A DNA stretch of 64,000 nt from positions 96,660,001-96,724,000 of the forward strand of contig NC_058368.1 of the NCBI RefSeq assembly GCF_018350175.1, read 5' to 3'. The notes beneath the pieces are model-generated. The model did no database searches and was not told where the DNA came from. It saw nothing but the letters and a program-made list of their open reading frames with translations. Below, piece by piece: positions 40,043 to 53,622 of this stretch; the first letter of the stretch is position 1; every line of letters begins with the position of its first letter. Source of the stretch: Felis catus (taxonomy: Eukaryota). A program made the position numbers and the translations under genes.

Positions 40043-40262
40043 TTTTTTTTTAAATTTTTTAATGTTTGCTTATTTTTGAGAGAGAGAGAGACCAAGTGTG
40101 AGCAGGGGAGGGGCAGAGAGAGAGGGAGACATGGAATCCGAAGCAGGCTCCAGGCTCTGAGCTGTCAGCACAGAGCCCAACACGGGGCTCGAACTCACCA
40201 ACTGTGAGATCATGACTTGAGCCACAGACAGATGCTTAACTGACTGAACAACCCAGGTGCCC
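40043..40262 (-). mobile_element. CAN-SINE (SINEC_Fc-like)
   Basis: TSD-like ctcctatttgtatcttta / ctgctattggtaccttta. Confidence 0.95.
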
Positions 40263-40949
40263 CTGCTATTGGTACCTTTAGCAATTGGTTAGGTACCTGG
40301 AACACAGAAACTGAGGTATGTGCCATGGTACTTTTTTTCAGATAATTTTCTATGTCAGTATGCTTGGAAAATAAGCACATATATACAGACATAAAAGTAC
40401 ACCTATATAATCACACAGGTAAATAAGTATGTGATATTACTACCTTGAAGAATTAAATTACTGTTTTAAGGAAACAAAGTTTGTCATTTCTGTCTTGCTA
40501 TAAACATACAGTAGGAATTCACTGCTAAAAAATATAACAAGCTAACTATACTAAGTAACTCACTGTATTTAGAGGAATCATGGAATGGTTTAAACTTATC
40601 ACTGATGGCTGAAAATCTTACTCTATCATTTGTCGCACATTTTTTATTATAAAACTTCTATCTTCTATACGTAACACTTAGAAATACACAAAAAGGTACA
40701 AATTAAGAAAAACTGCAGTGATCTCACCATCCAGAGATAACTTTACCAGTTGAAAGTGTAATTTAAGGTTTTCACCTACAAATATATTGTGTGTATATTC
40801 AGAACATTTTCAATAATCGAAAATAACACTTTGAAGTGTCTCCCTTATCACCCCAATTGTCCACACAACACAGATCAAAAGTTAGAAGGTGGTAGGACTT
40901 CGTGCATAAAGCCTGGCACAAACTTTGGCAGAGGATAGACTGAGGTCCT

Positions 40950-41100
40950 ATGCTAGATAGTATGTTCAGAGTACATCAGGTAAACATCAGTGCCCTCATC
41001 TTGACACCAAAGATAATAACCCTACATTGTAAGGTACCTATGAAAATTACATAAAATAGTGTGTGTCAAAGTGCTACAAGCCATGCCAGGCACACAGCAA
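40950..41100 (+). mobile_element. MIR relic
   Basis: gataataaccctacattgtaagg..tgaaaattacataaaatagtgtgtgtcaaagtgct..ccatgccaggcacacagcaa. Confidence 0.6.
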
Positions 41101-41507
41101 AAGATGAAAACCCATGACCCAGCCAACCTCAACTCTTTTCATTCTGAGGATGGAAGAACAGTTGACCATCTCACATTAGGCAAAGACTTTTAGATTGAAG
41201 ATTTTAGAATGAAGCATACATCCGGGAAGGTAGGAATAGATGGGATGGATAGGAGGAGGTCATAGTGGGGCCCAATTCTTTGGGGCAACTGGGGAACCCA
41301 CTGCTAGTAATTTGGGGCTCCTCAAAACATAGAGTATCCTAGTAGGAAATGAATGAAATTCTACTGAATTGTGAGCTTGTATGAGCCACCGTCCAGTCCC
41401 CCATCTGTGCTCACAGAGAGGAAAGAAGTCTTGCTGCTTGGTCCTCAGCTCTGCAGTATATGCCAATGCTTAAATCTTGAAGAAATGAAGTTTAAAAATA
41501 AATTGAA

Positions 41508-41737
41508 GGGCGCCTGGGTGGCTCATTTGCTTAAGCTTCAGACTTTTGATGTCAGCTCCAGTCATTATCTCAGCTTTCATGAGATCAAGTCCTGCATTGG
41601 GCTCTGTGCTGACAGTGTGGAGCCTGCTTAGGATTCTCTCTTTCCTTCTCTCTCTGCCCCTTCCCTACTCATACGTGCACACACAGTCTCTCTGTCGGTC
41701 TGTCTCTCTCTCTCTCTCTCAAATAAACATTTAAAAA
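41508..41737 (+). mobile_element. CAN-SINE
   Basis: gggcgcctgggtggctca head, CT body, tail. Confidence 0.92.
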
Positions 41738-43002
41738 ATAAATGCAAATTAAACATGGTGTCTGCACATGTGATCAAACAGACTCTTCCCTTGCTGTGCT
41801 GCTTTTCAAAGCTCATCTGGAAATGAACTGAAACCTTGCATCCAGATAAGGCACCTTCCATCTGAAAGGACAAGGTGAGAACTTGTCCTGGTAAACATTA
41901 TGGAGTAAGTCAAGCAGCCACGACTTGTGCGAAGTTCCAAGCATCTCCAGAATGTTCTCAGATTTTTTTCATCAAAGACCTATGGGGTTTGGTCCCAAAC
42001 CAGGTCTCTGAGCTGTGGGAGGTGACATCGTCCCATTAGGCAAACAGCAGGCAAGCACCGGTCTGTGCAGACAAAACCTTCCTATCAGGGCTTAGTGGCG
42101 CCTGTTCTCGCATTATGATGGTTAACCTTGGGTTAAATAACACTGGAATAATAATGGCCTAAACTTTTCACAGTTCACTTAAAACTTTACAAGGGTTGGT
42201 TCTTTGTGGAGAAAAGTGCATTAATATATGAAATAAGGCATATTGTTTAGTTTAACTGTTTGGCCATGTGTGTTTTCAGGGTCACTATTCCAGCACCACG
42301 TAGGCAATTTCAATGTTTTTTTAATAAAGTGAGAGAACGCAAACCTTTAGAGTTCACTTGAAGAAAGCTGTATGACCTACATACCATGCATTAAAAACAA
42401 TCATTATGCCGTTGCCAGACAGTATGGGGTACATTACCAGAGCTACCATCATTAGGCATGCCTCAGCATAGCTCTTAAAGAATCCAGATGGTGGTTTTCA
42501 ACTTTATCTCCATGGTGTCCCCTAGGAAGGACGTGTTATAATCACAGTCTCCTTCTTACTTCAAAGTCTTGTAGAGCAGAGCCAACAGAAGGGGCTTCCT
42601 GCCTGGGGTTCCTGGTGCACTGTAAATGCACTAGCCATTACCCTCAACAGCCATCAAAATGACATGTGCCAGAGAATGCTCTGATTAGCAATGCAAATTT
42701 ATAGCCTGAGGGCAAAAAAAAAATGGTACATGGAGGAATTTCTCAGCACAAGGCAGATTTTTTATTTAATTTAATTACTTTTTTAAATTTCTTTTGCAAA
42801 TTTACTTTGCCATTCTAATGGAAATGGAGGCAGAGGAAATAAATTTCTGATTTGGTTTCTCAGAAGAAAGATTTCCGGTCAAGTTTCATTCCAGTGACTA
42901 AACAAACAGGTAGGAAGGAATAATGAGATGTATCTAACCAACTATGGATCAAACTCTAGTTATTTTCAGAAATACAGTGAAGCTGGAAACACCACCCGTG
43001 TA

Positions 43003-43039
<37 letters not shown>

Positions 43040-43299
43040 ATTCACACATTAAATGCAACTCCCTAAGTAAAGTTGCAATGACACAACAGTTTCGGCTGAC
43101 AAATCATGTGGAAGCTGTCCACTATGTTGTGACATTATAGCTATTTGCTTACTTCACACTGAGTTAAGATTCTATATGAATTTGAACATTACAGCTTTTA
43201 ATATTGGCTTCTCTAGTAATTCCTTAAGATTTACTCATCATAGATTTGTGCCAACTAAACCCCTAGATTTCGTTAGATTTTTAAATATATGACATTGCT

Positions 43300-43590
43300 G
43301 AATTAACAGTATCAAAATTTTCGATGCACATATCCTTTGACTCCAAAATTCACTCCTAATAATTTGTCCTATAAATGTTCTTTCACTTGCAGGGGAAGCT
43401 ATGTTCACACCAATTGAAACATTTTTATTTGCAACAAAACAAAACAAAAACCTGGAAACAACTAAATGCCCATCGATGGGAATCTAGTAAAAAGTCAGGT
43501 CTGTATGTGCTAATATACTAAGACTTATTCAATACATTCAATTTTCAAGAAAAAGAAAAGAATATACAATGATGTGTAAAGTATACGCCT
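43300..43590 (+). mobile_element. Old L1 (L1ME-like) fragment
   Basis: tgcacatatcctttgactccaaaattcactcctaataattt..ctggaaacaactaaatgcccatcgatggg. Confidence 0.65.
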
Positions 43591-43753
43591 ACTAATATTT
43601 ACAAACTGTTTCATCTGTAAATACACTCACATCCATTTTTGTTTATGATATTTTTTATATTTTATAGCTTTATTTCCATCAAGTCCAAAGAGAGATGAGA
43701 GATGAATACATGTACTGAAGTCTACCATCTTGATTTAAAATCAGCTACTCTTT

Positions 43754-43974
43754 GGGTTGCCTGGGTGGTGCAGTTGGTTAAGCGGCTGACTTTAGCTCAG
43801 GTCATGCTCTCATGGTCCATGGGTTCAAGCCCCACATCGGACTCTGTGCTGACAGCCCAGAGCCTGGAGCCTCCTTCAGATTCTGTGTTTCCCTGCCCAT
43901 CCTCTGCTCATGCTCTGTGTCTCTTTCTCTCTCTCAACAATAAATAAATATTAAAAAAATTTTTTTAATAAAAT
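43754..43974 (+). mobile_element. CAN-SINE
   Basis: Full length; TSD-like aaaatcagctactctt / aaaatcggttaatctt. Confidence 0.93.
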
Positions 43975-44415
43975 AAAATCGGTTAATCTTCATTTTGTTT
44001 TTCTAATATTAATTTGTAAAATAGTTTCATGAGTTTACCACCAATGCCATGGAAAAAGAAAGGTAAGGGTTTCATTTTTGATACGCTATGTGAATAAGAT
44101 CCTATTTGTTTTTCAGGAATTACAAGATGATTCAGTGTTAAGTCATGAAGCAATTGTCATCACTCAGATATAATAGACCAGTGACTCATCTTTTTCCCCT
44201 CTGTTCCAGAACAGGGAATTTTAAATAAGGTTTTTAACCATACATATTTTTTTACATTTGTTTCTGTTTCTTCCTTTCTTTTTTTTTTTTTTTTTTTAAT
44301 ATGGTGGCATGGTAATGTTCCTGGTCAGGACAACCATTAAGATTTTAGTGTTATTAAGATTTCAGCAATCTCAGAGATTTTTGTTAATAACAGAAGAGGT
44401 AGAATTTAAAATATA

Positions 44416-44650
44416 CAGTAAAACCTCGATGGTAACTTGTTCTGAGAGTGTTCCACAAGACAAGCAAACATTTCTAACACATTTTAACTTGATAAATGAG
44501 CAATGTCTTGCAAAACAAGTAGTATGTAACGCTAAACATCACATGATCACAACTTAGCCAAGGGTTCTTGAAATTTGCTTTGATATACAAGTACTTTGGA
44601 TTACAAGTGTCTTTCTGGAATGAATTATGCTTGCAAACCAAGGTTTAATG
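44416..44650. mobile_element. Tc1/mariner Tigger-type MITE
   Basis: TA|cagtaaaacctcg ... ccaaggtttaatg|TA: imperfect TIRs with TA target duplication; 235 bp. Confidence 0.75.
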
Positions 44651-44704
44651 TACTACAAAAGGGGCTAATCATGATCGTTGGGTATAATTTCCTTCTTGAA
44701 AGAT

Positions 44705-44789
44705 TATTAAATTTGTACTTTGTAAAGTATGAATATTAGAATTACAGAAAAATGGGTGGAAAGTAGAGCATTCCTGAAACTTCTCCCCA

Positions 44790-44836
<47 letters not shown>

Positions 44837-45005
44837 AGTTGCCCCTACTAACATCTTGCATAAGTGTGGCACATTTGTTAGAATTGATGAGCCAATACAG
44901 ATATATCATTACTAAGTGAAGTCCACAGTTTACATGAGGGTTCACTTTTCATGTTGTGCAGGCTATGGGTTTTGACAAATGTCTAAAGACATGTGTCCAG
45001 TATCA
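44705..45005 (-). mobile_element. L1MC/MD-like 3'UTR fragment containing (CA)n at 44791-44834
   Basis: aacatcttgcataagtgtggcacatttgttagaattgatgagccaatacagata..ctatgggttttgacaaatg. Confidence 0.8.
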
Positions 45006-48000
45006 CCTTTCAACAAATCAATTCGTTTTTGAACTTGCTCTATCTTCTACTCAAACTTGACCTTCTAATGAAAAACTGAGGTTGGGTATGAGATTAACTA
45101 TCTTCTCACAGATACGGGTAACAATTTTGATGCATGAACAGGAGGAAATGTGTGAATCATAGCATACTTGTATGTCTCTCTTCTCAGGAGACACTACATT
45201 AGACACTGCTATCTGGAGAGATGACCATTTTAGCCCACATGCAGGAACTATTTATGGCATACTTATAGGTATATGAATTTGAAGGCAGCTGGACCCCAGG
45301 ATGCAGATTTGCAAGGTAAAGCATTTTATCAACGACCACACTCTAATCGTAAACTATTTATGGTGTTGACTCTTTTAAACAGGCTTTAAAAACATCTACA
45401 ATCACTTATTTATCAATAGAGATTGATCTGAACTCTGGTTGAATTTTCATTTACTAATTTCTATTTATGAAGTTGGCTCATTGGGTGACCTTGTAAGGTT
45501 CTTGTTTTCTTTAACCATTTACGGTCCAATCATATTTGAACTTTGTGGTTAAAAAAGAGGATAAATTATCGACTCAAAACCTGTGGCATGGGGCCTACTC
45601 TACAAGCACGTAAGTTTAGGCAACACAAATTTGTTTTGGGGGAAAAAGAGAGAGAGAGAACAAATTTACCCCTTATCCTGGAATGATATATTTTCCTAGA
45701 ATGAGATAAAAAAAAAACCACCCCACAGTATTTTTGGAAACATCTTATTTCTAAAGTGAATTAAGGTTGTCTTTTTTAAAACGTAAACAGGATACAAGTT
45801 TAACTTTGACCTGGGCTCTACTCCGGTCACAGAATTAAGTCAAAATATGGCCCATGGTAATATGAAGATTTAAGTCTTGAATAAAAATGAAGTCTCAACT
45901 CAGAACCTATAACATAAATGAAAAGGCTTTTTGTAATGTAATTCATAAACATAAACAAGCTTAAAAGGTTGTCAAGATGTGACACCTTTCGCCATTAAAA
46001 CTTCAGTGTGACAGTCTACAGGAGCAAGCAGCACATTTTTTGAAGGATGCAGTTTAAGAAATATGGGTAATCTTGTTTGGTTAATCAAACAGTGGGAAGT
46101 GTTGTAATAGATAATTGGGCTACCCAGTTTGTCATTATAATTTGACACTTACATAGGTCTTTATATATTCAAAACGTTCTACAACCATTTTTCTTGGTTC
46201 CATCAATAGTACCTTGAGAGGTAAATTAATTCTTCAATTCACATTTTGCAAATGAGCACAAAGAAGCAAAGGAAGATCAAGCGAGTCAGATACAAAGCTA
46301 AGAAATTCTTGTCCTGGCAGGCCTAAGCCAGTGCTTTTGGTCCCCTGAGGAAATGTAAGTCTTTCTATTTGAAAATTTCCAAAGAGAATTAAGCTGTCAA
46401 ACACACATTCACAACCAAAGCCCCTCACGGTTCTAGTCCAGGTGGTCCAATTATGGATTTAACCTAAAGTGAGTTTAGATATTAAATAATATGGCAAGTC
46501 CTGGGTACTGTAGTCTTAACAATCCTTCATTTTAAGACAGCCTTCTAAGTTTAAAAATAACAGGCCTTTACCAGCGAGGACAACTTCCTTTCCAAGCTTC
46601 CCCCCTTGGTTCTATTTCTTCTCTCACTTGAACAATACGACTACTGTGCAGGTTCCATTTGTAATATCCCGGGAAGTTCTCTGAGTCTGCCCCAATATTA
46701 CAGAGAAGAAATGAGAACCATAAAAATAACACATAAACGTGGGGAATAAAAGGGCCATTATCTGACATTCAATTGAGAAACTTGATCAGAGAGCAGAATT
46801 GACATATTTTAGCACAAGAGCCCCTATGTACTTTTATTTCTTTGTCTCCCTTTCATTTCTTGACTCCAAACGACCCCATCACCGTCCCCACCACCCACTG
46901 ACCCCTGCCCACGAGGAACTTACACACAGAGCCACATTATGGAGTGGTAGTGTTCTCTCGGTGGGTAACACAGAAGCTGAAATAAAGCCAGCTCAACTGA
47001 AAAGGTAAGGATACTTCTCAAAACACTAAATGCTCATTTTATATAGTCCATCTGGATGATAAATTGAGCTTTTCAGCTTTGAAGGGATCCTAAAAGAATT
47101 CAGATGTTTAAAGTAGAATATGTGAATTTTTTAGGAGTTTCAGTTGAGCTAAAGTAACCATTTTTAAGGGATAACACATATTGTAAAGCATCTAGATTCA
47201 GATGATCTGGATCAAATCCCAAACCCCCAAAATTAACTTGGTCAGTTTGAGGGATGTCAGACTTTGTGGCAGTAATAAGCATGAGAAAGGACTTTAAAAC
47301 AAATTAATTCAAAAAGCAAACTCAATTTCTGGATCCTATCATAAATACTGCTATTTTTAGTCAACGGCATTTTATGTTAAGAGCTCAGGGAGTTACCAAG
47401 ACTTAATGGTGGCCAAAACAGATAAAATTATTAAAGAAAAACAAATTTATCATCTTAGATAAAAACAGCTATTCCTTGAATAGCAGGATTAAACATTTTT
47501 TCAATCTAAAATAAATCTACCTGGAAGTGTATTTTATTTGCCTGAAGTGCCACTAAATAATGGAGCTGGGTAAGATATGGCTTGATATTTGGCAGTATAT
47601 ACATATGGGTGTGCACACACAATCTCTTATACTTAGCTCTTAGGAAATGAGTAAAAATTAGGAATTTATTGTTCAAATTGTGCATCGATCCTCAAGTTAG
47701 ATGCCCAGAGCACAATTAAACAAAAAGAAGTTTGTGCATAATAAGATGTGAAAAAAAAAATACTCTCAGTGTTTCTGGAAAAAAAATTATAAATATTATA
47801 TTGACATCATAAATGTTCTACAAATGTTTGTAAAATTAAGTCTTATATGAAATGGGAAATGTACACATGAAATGTATTAAATGTTACCTGAAAAGGAAAA
47901 TATAGCCATAATTAATTATGAAATATGGATTCAGCTCTGAACAATAGAATCCCAAATGCAAACCTAGACTTGTATTCATTCTGTAACTATCTGCTAATTC

Positions 48001-48033
48001 GTATCTAGCATCCTAGTTTAAGAATTATTTATT

Positions 48034-48225
48034 GGGGTCCCTGGGTGGCTTAGTTGGTTGAGCTTCTGACTCTTGATTTCAGCTCAGGTCATGATCCTAG
48101 AATCATGGAATCAAGCCCTGCGTTGGGCTCCATGCAGAGCATAGAGCCTGCTTAAGACAATCTCTCTCTCTCCCTCTGCCCCTCCCCTGCTCACATATTC
48201 TCTCTCTCTAAAATAAAAATAAAAA
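48034..48225 (+). mobile_element. CAN-SINE (older subfamily)
   Basis: TSD aagaattattt 48020-48030 / 48226-48236. Confidence 0.92.
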
Positions 48226-49811
48226 AAGAATTATTTCTTACTATTTTTATTGACAATTTATAGAACCAAAAAAGGATAATACTCATTCCTCTGATTTTTC
48301 TGATTTTTGTTATTTACATCTTAAGATCCCACTAAATTTGTCTCATGATTCAATTCTTTCTCCATTAAATAAGTAAATAATAACAGCCACACTTCCCAGT
48401 GCTGTTTGTGTATGTCCTTGCTCGCTAATTGACTGAATGGACCAGAATAGTAATTGTCCTATTCCCTCCATTCTCGTCATTTTTACATTAATAAATGATC
48501 CGTGACTTGGGCTTGAGTGGTAGAGTTGTGTTCACAAGTGGAGAGACACTCAATTCCCTGAGTCAGGTAATGAAACTTACATTTTATGGAGGCAGGACTC
48601 TGATTTTTACTAGCCTTTCTTAAGTACATTAACAGTGTAAGCTATATTTTTGAGAGCATCTATAAATCATAAAGTGGTGTAGCTCTAACTGTGTGTGTCT
48701 ATGGTTATATGCCAGAGGCCTAAGGGCACACTGGCACACCCCATCCCTATAGAAAAGCTAAAAGGATGTCCTTGAAATTCATTTTAACTCCTTCCACTTG
48801 ACTTGAGCTACACGTAAGGAATAAAAATCAATGGCTATTTATTTTATATGCACAAAGCAGCATGCAATTACCAGGGCAATATAAAATGATTATCAATTTG
48901 TCATTTTCTCTCTTACTTTATGTCTTTTGGAAATTGCTTACATAATATATCAAAGAAATGAGATAAGAGTAACCACACAAACATTTAAGATTAAATATTC
49001 CTAAACTTTACCATTGACACACAGAAACTGGCATGTTTACAAATGAACTCTATCACAAATTCTACCAGGTCTCTCCACCAGTGCTTTCTACCACATTCCA
49101 CCCCTACTTTCAGGCTCCGGCTGCCATGCAAATCAACACATCATCAGAGTTGAAAGAAATGAAATGTCCTACCCTTTCTAAGTTCTCCTGGGGTACCCCA
49201 TACGACACCCAGCAATTCCACAGCCTCCAGACCGCACCATGCGTATTGCTAATCATGCATCATTGTTCACTTTGAAACAGTCTCTTTATCTCACTTTCTT
49301 TAAAGATACAATAATCGTAACATTCAAGATGTAAAAGTCCATCATCATAGAAAGATGGTGTTGAAAATGACCCTAGAAACTGCCATGTCTAACTGGATGG
49401 CTACATGCAAAAGGATGAAGCTGGACCACTATAAACCACACACAAAAATAAATTCACAGTGGATTAAAGACTTGAACCTAAGACCTGAAACCATAAAACT
49501 CCTAGAAGAAAATACAGGCAGTAAACTCTTGGACATCAGTCTCAGCAATATTTTTTGGACTAGTCTCCTCAGGCAAGAGCAACAAAACCGAACATAAACA
49601 ACTGGGACTACATCAAACTAAAAAGCTTCTGCACAGCAAAGGAAACCATCAACAAAATGGAAAAGGCAACCTACACAATGGGAGAAGATATTTGGAAAAA
49701 AAACAAGAAGATATTTGCAATTCATATATCAGGTAAGGTATATATATCCAAAAACCATAAAGAACTTATAAAACTTAGTAATAAAAAAAAACAATTAAAA
49801 AATGGGCAGAG

Positions 49812-49898
49812 AAGCACATGCGACTCTTCATCTCAGGGCTGTGAGTTCGAGCCCCATGATGGGCGCATAGAACATTTAAATAAAATAAATAAACAAAT
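49812..49898 (+). mobile_element. Short tRNA-Lys-like SINE (SINEC_c-type), 5'-truncated
   Basis: atgcgactcttcatctcagggctgtgagttcgagccccatgatgggcg plus A-rich tail; perfect TSD aaatgggcagag 49800-49811 / 49899-49910. Confidence 0.85.
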
Positions 49899-50187
49899 AA
49901 ATGGGCAGAGGACTTGAATAGAAATCTCCCAGATGAAGACATCCAGAGGTCCAACAGGTGCAGGAAAAGATGTTCAACATCACTCATCAGCAACATGCAA
50001 ATCAAAACAATGAGGTATCACATCATACCAGTCAGATTGGCTGTTATCAAAAAGAGAAGAAAAAACAAATGTTGGTGAGGATGTGGAGAAAAGGGACCGC
50101 TCATGCACTATTGGTGAGAATGTGAATTGATGTGCAGTCACTCTGGTAAATAGTATGGAGGTTCCTCACACATGTTCAATGAGAATT

Positions 50188-50408
50188 GGGGCACCTGAGT
50201 GACTCAATCAGTTAAGTGTCAAACTCTGGATTTTGGCTCAGGTCATGATCTCACATTTTGTTAGATGGAGGCCACATCAGGTTCTAAGCTACCAGCTTGG
50301 GATTCTCTCTCTCCCTCTCTCTCTGCCCTTCCCTGACTCAGTCTCTCTCTCAAAATAAATAAATAAAGTTAAAATTAAAATGAATGAACGAATGAATGAA
50401 TGAATGAA

Positions 50409-50447
<39 letters not shown>

Positions 50448-50448
50448 A
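50188..50448 (+). mobile_element. CAN-SINE with (TGAA)n(TAAA)n tail, inside L1
   Basis: ggggcacctgagtgactcaatcagttaag head. Confidence 0.92.
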
Positions 50449-51062
50449 ATTAGAAATACCATATGATCCAGCAATTCCACTTCTGGGCATTTCTTCAAAG
50501 AAAACAAGAACCTCAGTTCAAAGAGATATATGCACTTTTATGTTTATTGCATCATTAGTTATAAAGGCCAAGATACAAAAGCAACCGAAGTCTCCATCAA
50601 TAGGAAAATAGATAAAAAGATATGGGGTGTATGCACACACGTGCACATACACACGCAGTGGAATATTACTCAGGCATAAAAAAAGAATGAAATCTTGCCA
50701 TTTACAACAACATATGTAGTCAGACAAACACATACTGTATGATTTCATTTATACTTGGAATCTAAAATCAAACAAACAAAACAGAACAGAATCAGACTCA
50801 TAGGTATGGGAAACAAATATTTGGTTACCAGTCAGGGGCAGTGTGTTGGGGGGGAGGACAAAGGGGAGGGCAAGGGGGCAGGTGAAATAGGTAAAGGGAT
50901 TTAAGAGGCTCAAACTTCCAGCTATAAAGTAAATAAGTCATGAGAATATCATGTACACCACAGAGAATACAGTCAATAAAATTTTAATACCTTTGTAGAG
51001 TGACAGATTATAACCAGACTTATTTTGGGAATCTACATTAAAAAAAAAAGATTACTATGTCT

Positions 51063-51338
51063 ACAGTGGCGTTTCTCAACCATTTTTTTATTATCACTCC
51101 CTAAGGAGACTTTTTTGACATTGTTTTCCAAGTTGCCCCCACTATGAAATTTCAGTATCACAGATATGCATAGATAAAACATATACATAGAAATTTTAAT
51201 ATGCATACATATATGCATACGTATGTTTCTATTTTTTATGTATATCTGTTCCTGGTACACAAAAAGAGTAGGATTTCTGTCCTCTTAAGAATGAATTTTT
51301 GCTCCTTGGGGGCATTTGCACCTTTATTTTCAGTGCAT
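51063..51338. mobile_element. hAT-Charlie relic (MER112-like)
   Basis: gtttctcaaccatttttttattatcactccctaaggag..aatttttgctccttgggggc. Confidence 0.5.
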
Positions 51339-51377
51339 TATTCAGCTAAGAAATACAATCCAAATAGAACTAGTAAA

Positions 51378-51396
51378 TTTTTTTTTACTCTTTATT

Positions 51397-51438
<42 letters not shown>

Positions 51439-51606
51439 CATGATAAGGGGAGGGGCAGAGAGACAGGGAGATACAGAATCTGAAGCAGGCTCCAAGCTCT
51501 GAGCTGTCAGCACAGAGCCCAACACAGGGCTGGGTCTCATGGACTGCGAGATCATGACCCGAGCCAAAGTTGGATGCTTAAACGACTGAGCCACCCAGAC
51601 ACCCCT
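51378..51606 (-). mobile_element. CAN-SINE (SINEC_Fc-like)
   Basis: TSD aaatagaactagtaaa 51362-51377 / aaatggagctagtaaa 51607-51622. Confidence 0.95.
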
Positions 51607-53223
51607 AAATGGAGCTAGTAAAATGATACAAATATACCCCTATCATAATGGTACCAGTCCATTATGTTGAGAGAAAAGTTGTACCTTTGGCAATCATTAA
51701 TGAGCTATTGAAAGAGTTCATCTCTGACAGAGACTCTAAGTAAGAAATGGTGCTACTATTAATTTTATTCTCCCTTTTTTCTCTTTCAATGATCATAGGG
51801 ACACTTTCCCTTTTGTCCAGATACTAACACTAAAAACATGAAACTTCTCTCTTTCTCAAACTATTCATGACTTTTTTCCATTTAATTTTTCTATTACAAC
51901 AGCACTTTTTTGTAGCATCTTTCACCCATAACAAATCAGCTTCAAGATCCATGCATCCATGTGTAATACATGTATCAACGCATGCTCACGGATCATTCTC
52001 AAGGGGGGAGAAGGCATGATGGCACACGGAGGCATACATGCTGCACTGGGGAAGGCCAGAGGCCACTGAGTGATAAAACAGATTGTAGAGGTTGTTCATG
52101 ACGACATGTAAACATTTCGCGTTCACGTCCAATTAGGAGGAATTTCTGACTAATGCAGTTCCTTTCAGCGCAGCTTAAGTCACTGTACGGAACTAAACCA
52201 CTTAATAGGACAATATTTGACAACATAACAGTGAACAGTTCAGAAGCACAATCAATAAAAATAGATCCTAGCTAGGGCAAAAAGCAATCAAGTAGAACAT
52301 GGCTGACTCAGCGCCATTCTAATTAATCAAATGAATCACTCAAAGCCCTATGGAAATAATGGCTAAAAAGAGCCTCAGAAATTCTGGCTAGTTTTTATGT
52401 GACATGTATTGCTCTTTGTTGTTCACAAAAAGGACAATCTTGGCAGGACATAATTTCATGGTTCAAGTGGCAATTCTTGCATCATATAAGTTGTTTGTGG
52501 TTTTATGACAAGAAAATGGAGCCAGAAGATGGGATCCAGATCCTGGTCCTGGTTCTGAGCCTTATGGATTCTGTGTCTGGGGAATTTTCTTAACCTCTTA
52601 GAATTACTCTTTTCTTAGGGAAAGGTTGTCATGAAGTCAAATGAAAGGATGATTACAAGTTACGCCCACACTGTCAGGTGTTAACAGAAATAAGGAAGAC
52701 CTATTTTCCCATATGGATAGTCTACAGTCACTCTTACCTACCCTTCTCTAATCCAAATGCCAATCAAACTAGATTTGGTTTGCATTTATTGTCAACAAGT
52801 ATTCACAGATTGTGGCTTTCTTGCTCCCTGGGAAAGTTGTGAGGTTTCCTCTGTGTATCCTGGGCTTCAGATTTATACTATTATTCCACTGAGAAAAACC
52901 ACTGAGTGTATCTCATGGTATGAACACAGAAATGGGGGCAATGATAGTAACGGGGAACTGACCATCAGGAGTTCAAAATGCAGAGACAAGATTACATACA
53001 GCGAGATACAGACTCAAATGTAATTCCCCTTTAAAAAAAAAAGGGGACAGAGAGAGAGAGAAGCAGTGTTTATACAAGGTAGCATGTCTTAATGTGGGAT
53101 ACTTATGAATTCTATTTAACTGTTGGGTATAGGCTGTTCCTAATTACCCTTGCTCCCCAAAGGTGAATATTTAACTGAAATGGGTATAACAAATTTGAAG
53201 TTTAGGTAAAGAGTTACAGCATA

Positions 53224-53434
53224 AAGTTACCCTTAGCTATAGAAAACAAACAGGATTGATGGAGGGAGGTGGGCAGGGGACTGGCTAGATGGATGATGGG
53301 CATTAAGGAGGGCACTTGTTATGATGAGCACTGGGTGTTAATGTAAGTGATGAACACTAGACCACTAAATTCTACTCTTGAAACAGTATTTCACTCTATG
53401 TTAACTAACTAGAATTTAAATAAAAATTTGGAAA
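53224..53434 (+). mobile_element. Carnivore/felid L1 3' end
   Basis: gatgggcattaaggagggcacttgttatgatgagcactgggtgtt..tatgttaactaactagaatttaaataaaa; outer TSD aaagagttacagcata 53208-53223 / aaagagttccagcata 53747-53762. Confidence 0.9.
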
Positions 53435-53561
53435 TGGACGCCTGGGTGGCTCAGTCAGTTGAGCATCTGACTCTTGATTTCAGCTCAGGCCATGATCTTG
53501 TGGTTCATAAGATTGAGCACCACATCCGGCTCTGAGCTGATGGCATGGAGCTTGCTTGGGA

Positions 53562-53622
<61 letters not shown>

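Larger units (their letters stand above)
49354..51035 (+). mobile_element. L1 (L1MA9-like) ORF2 C-terminal part plus 3'UTR, decayed, with two SINE insertions
   Basis: Translation [37 protein letters not shown] is L1 ORF2p; 3'UTR aaacttccagctataaagtaaataagtcatg. Confidence 0.92.

Noticed and set aside
43006..43035. A30 tract as a possible processed-pseudogene tail
   Set aside because: No upstream AATAAA, TSD or recognisable body
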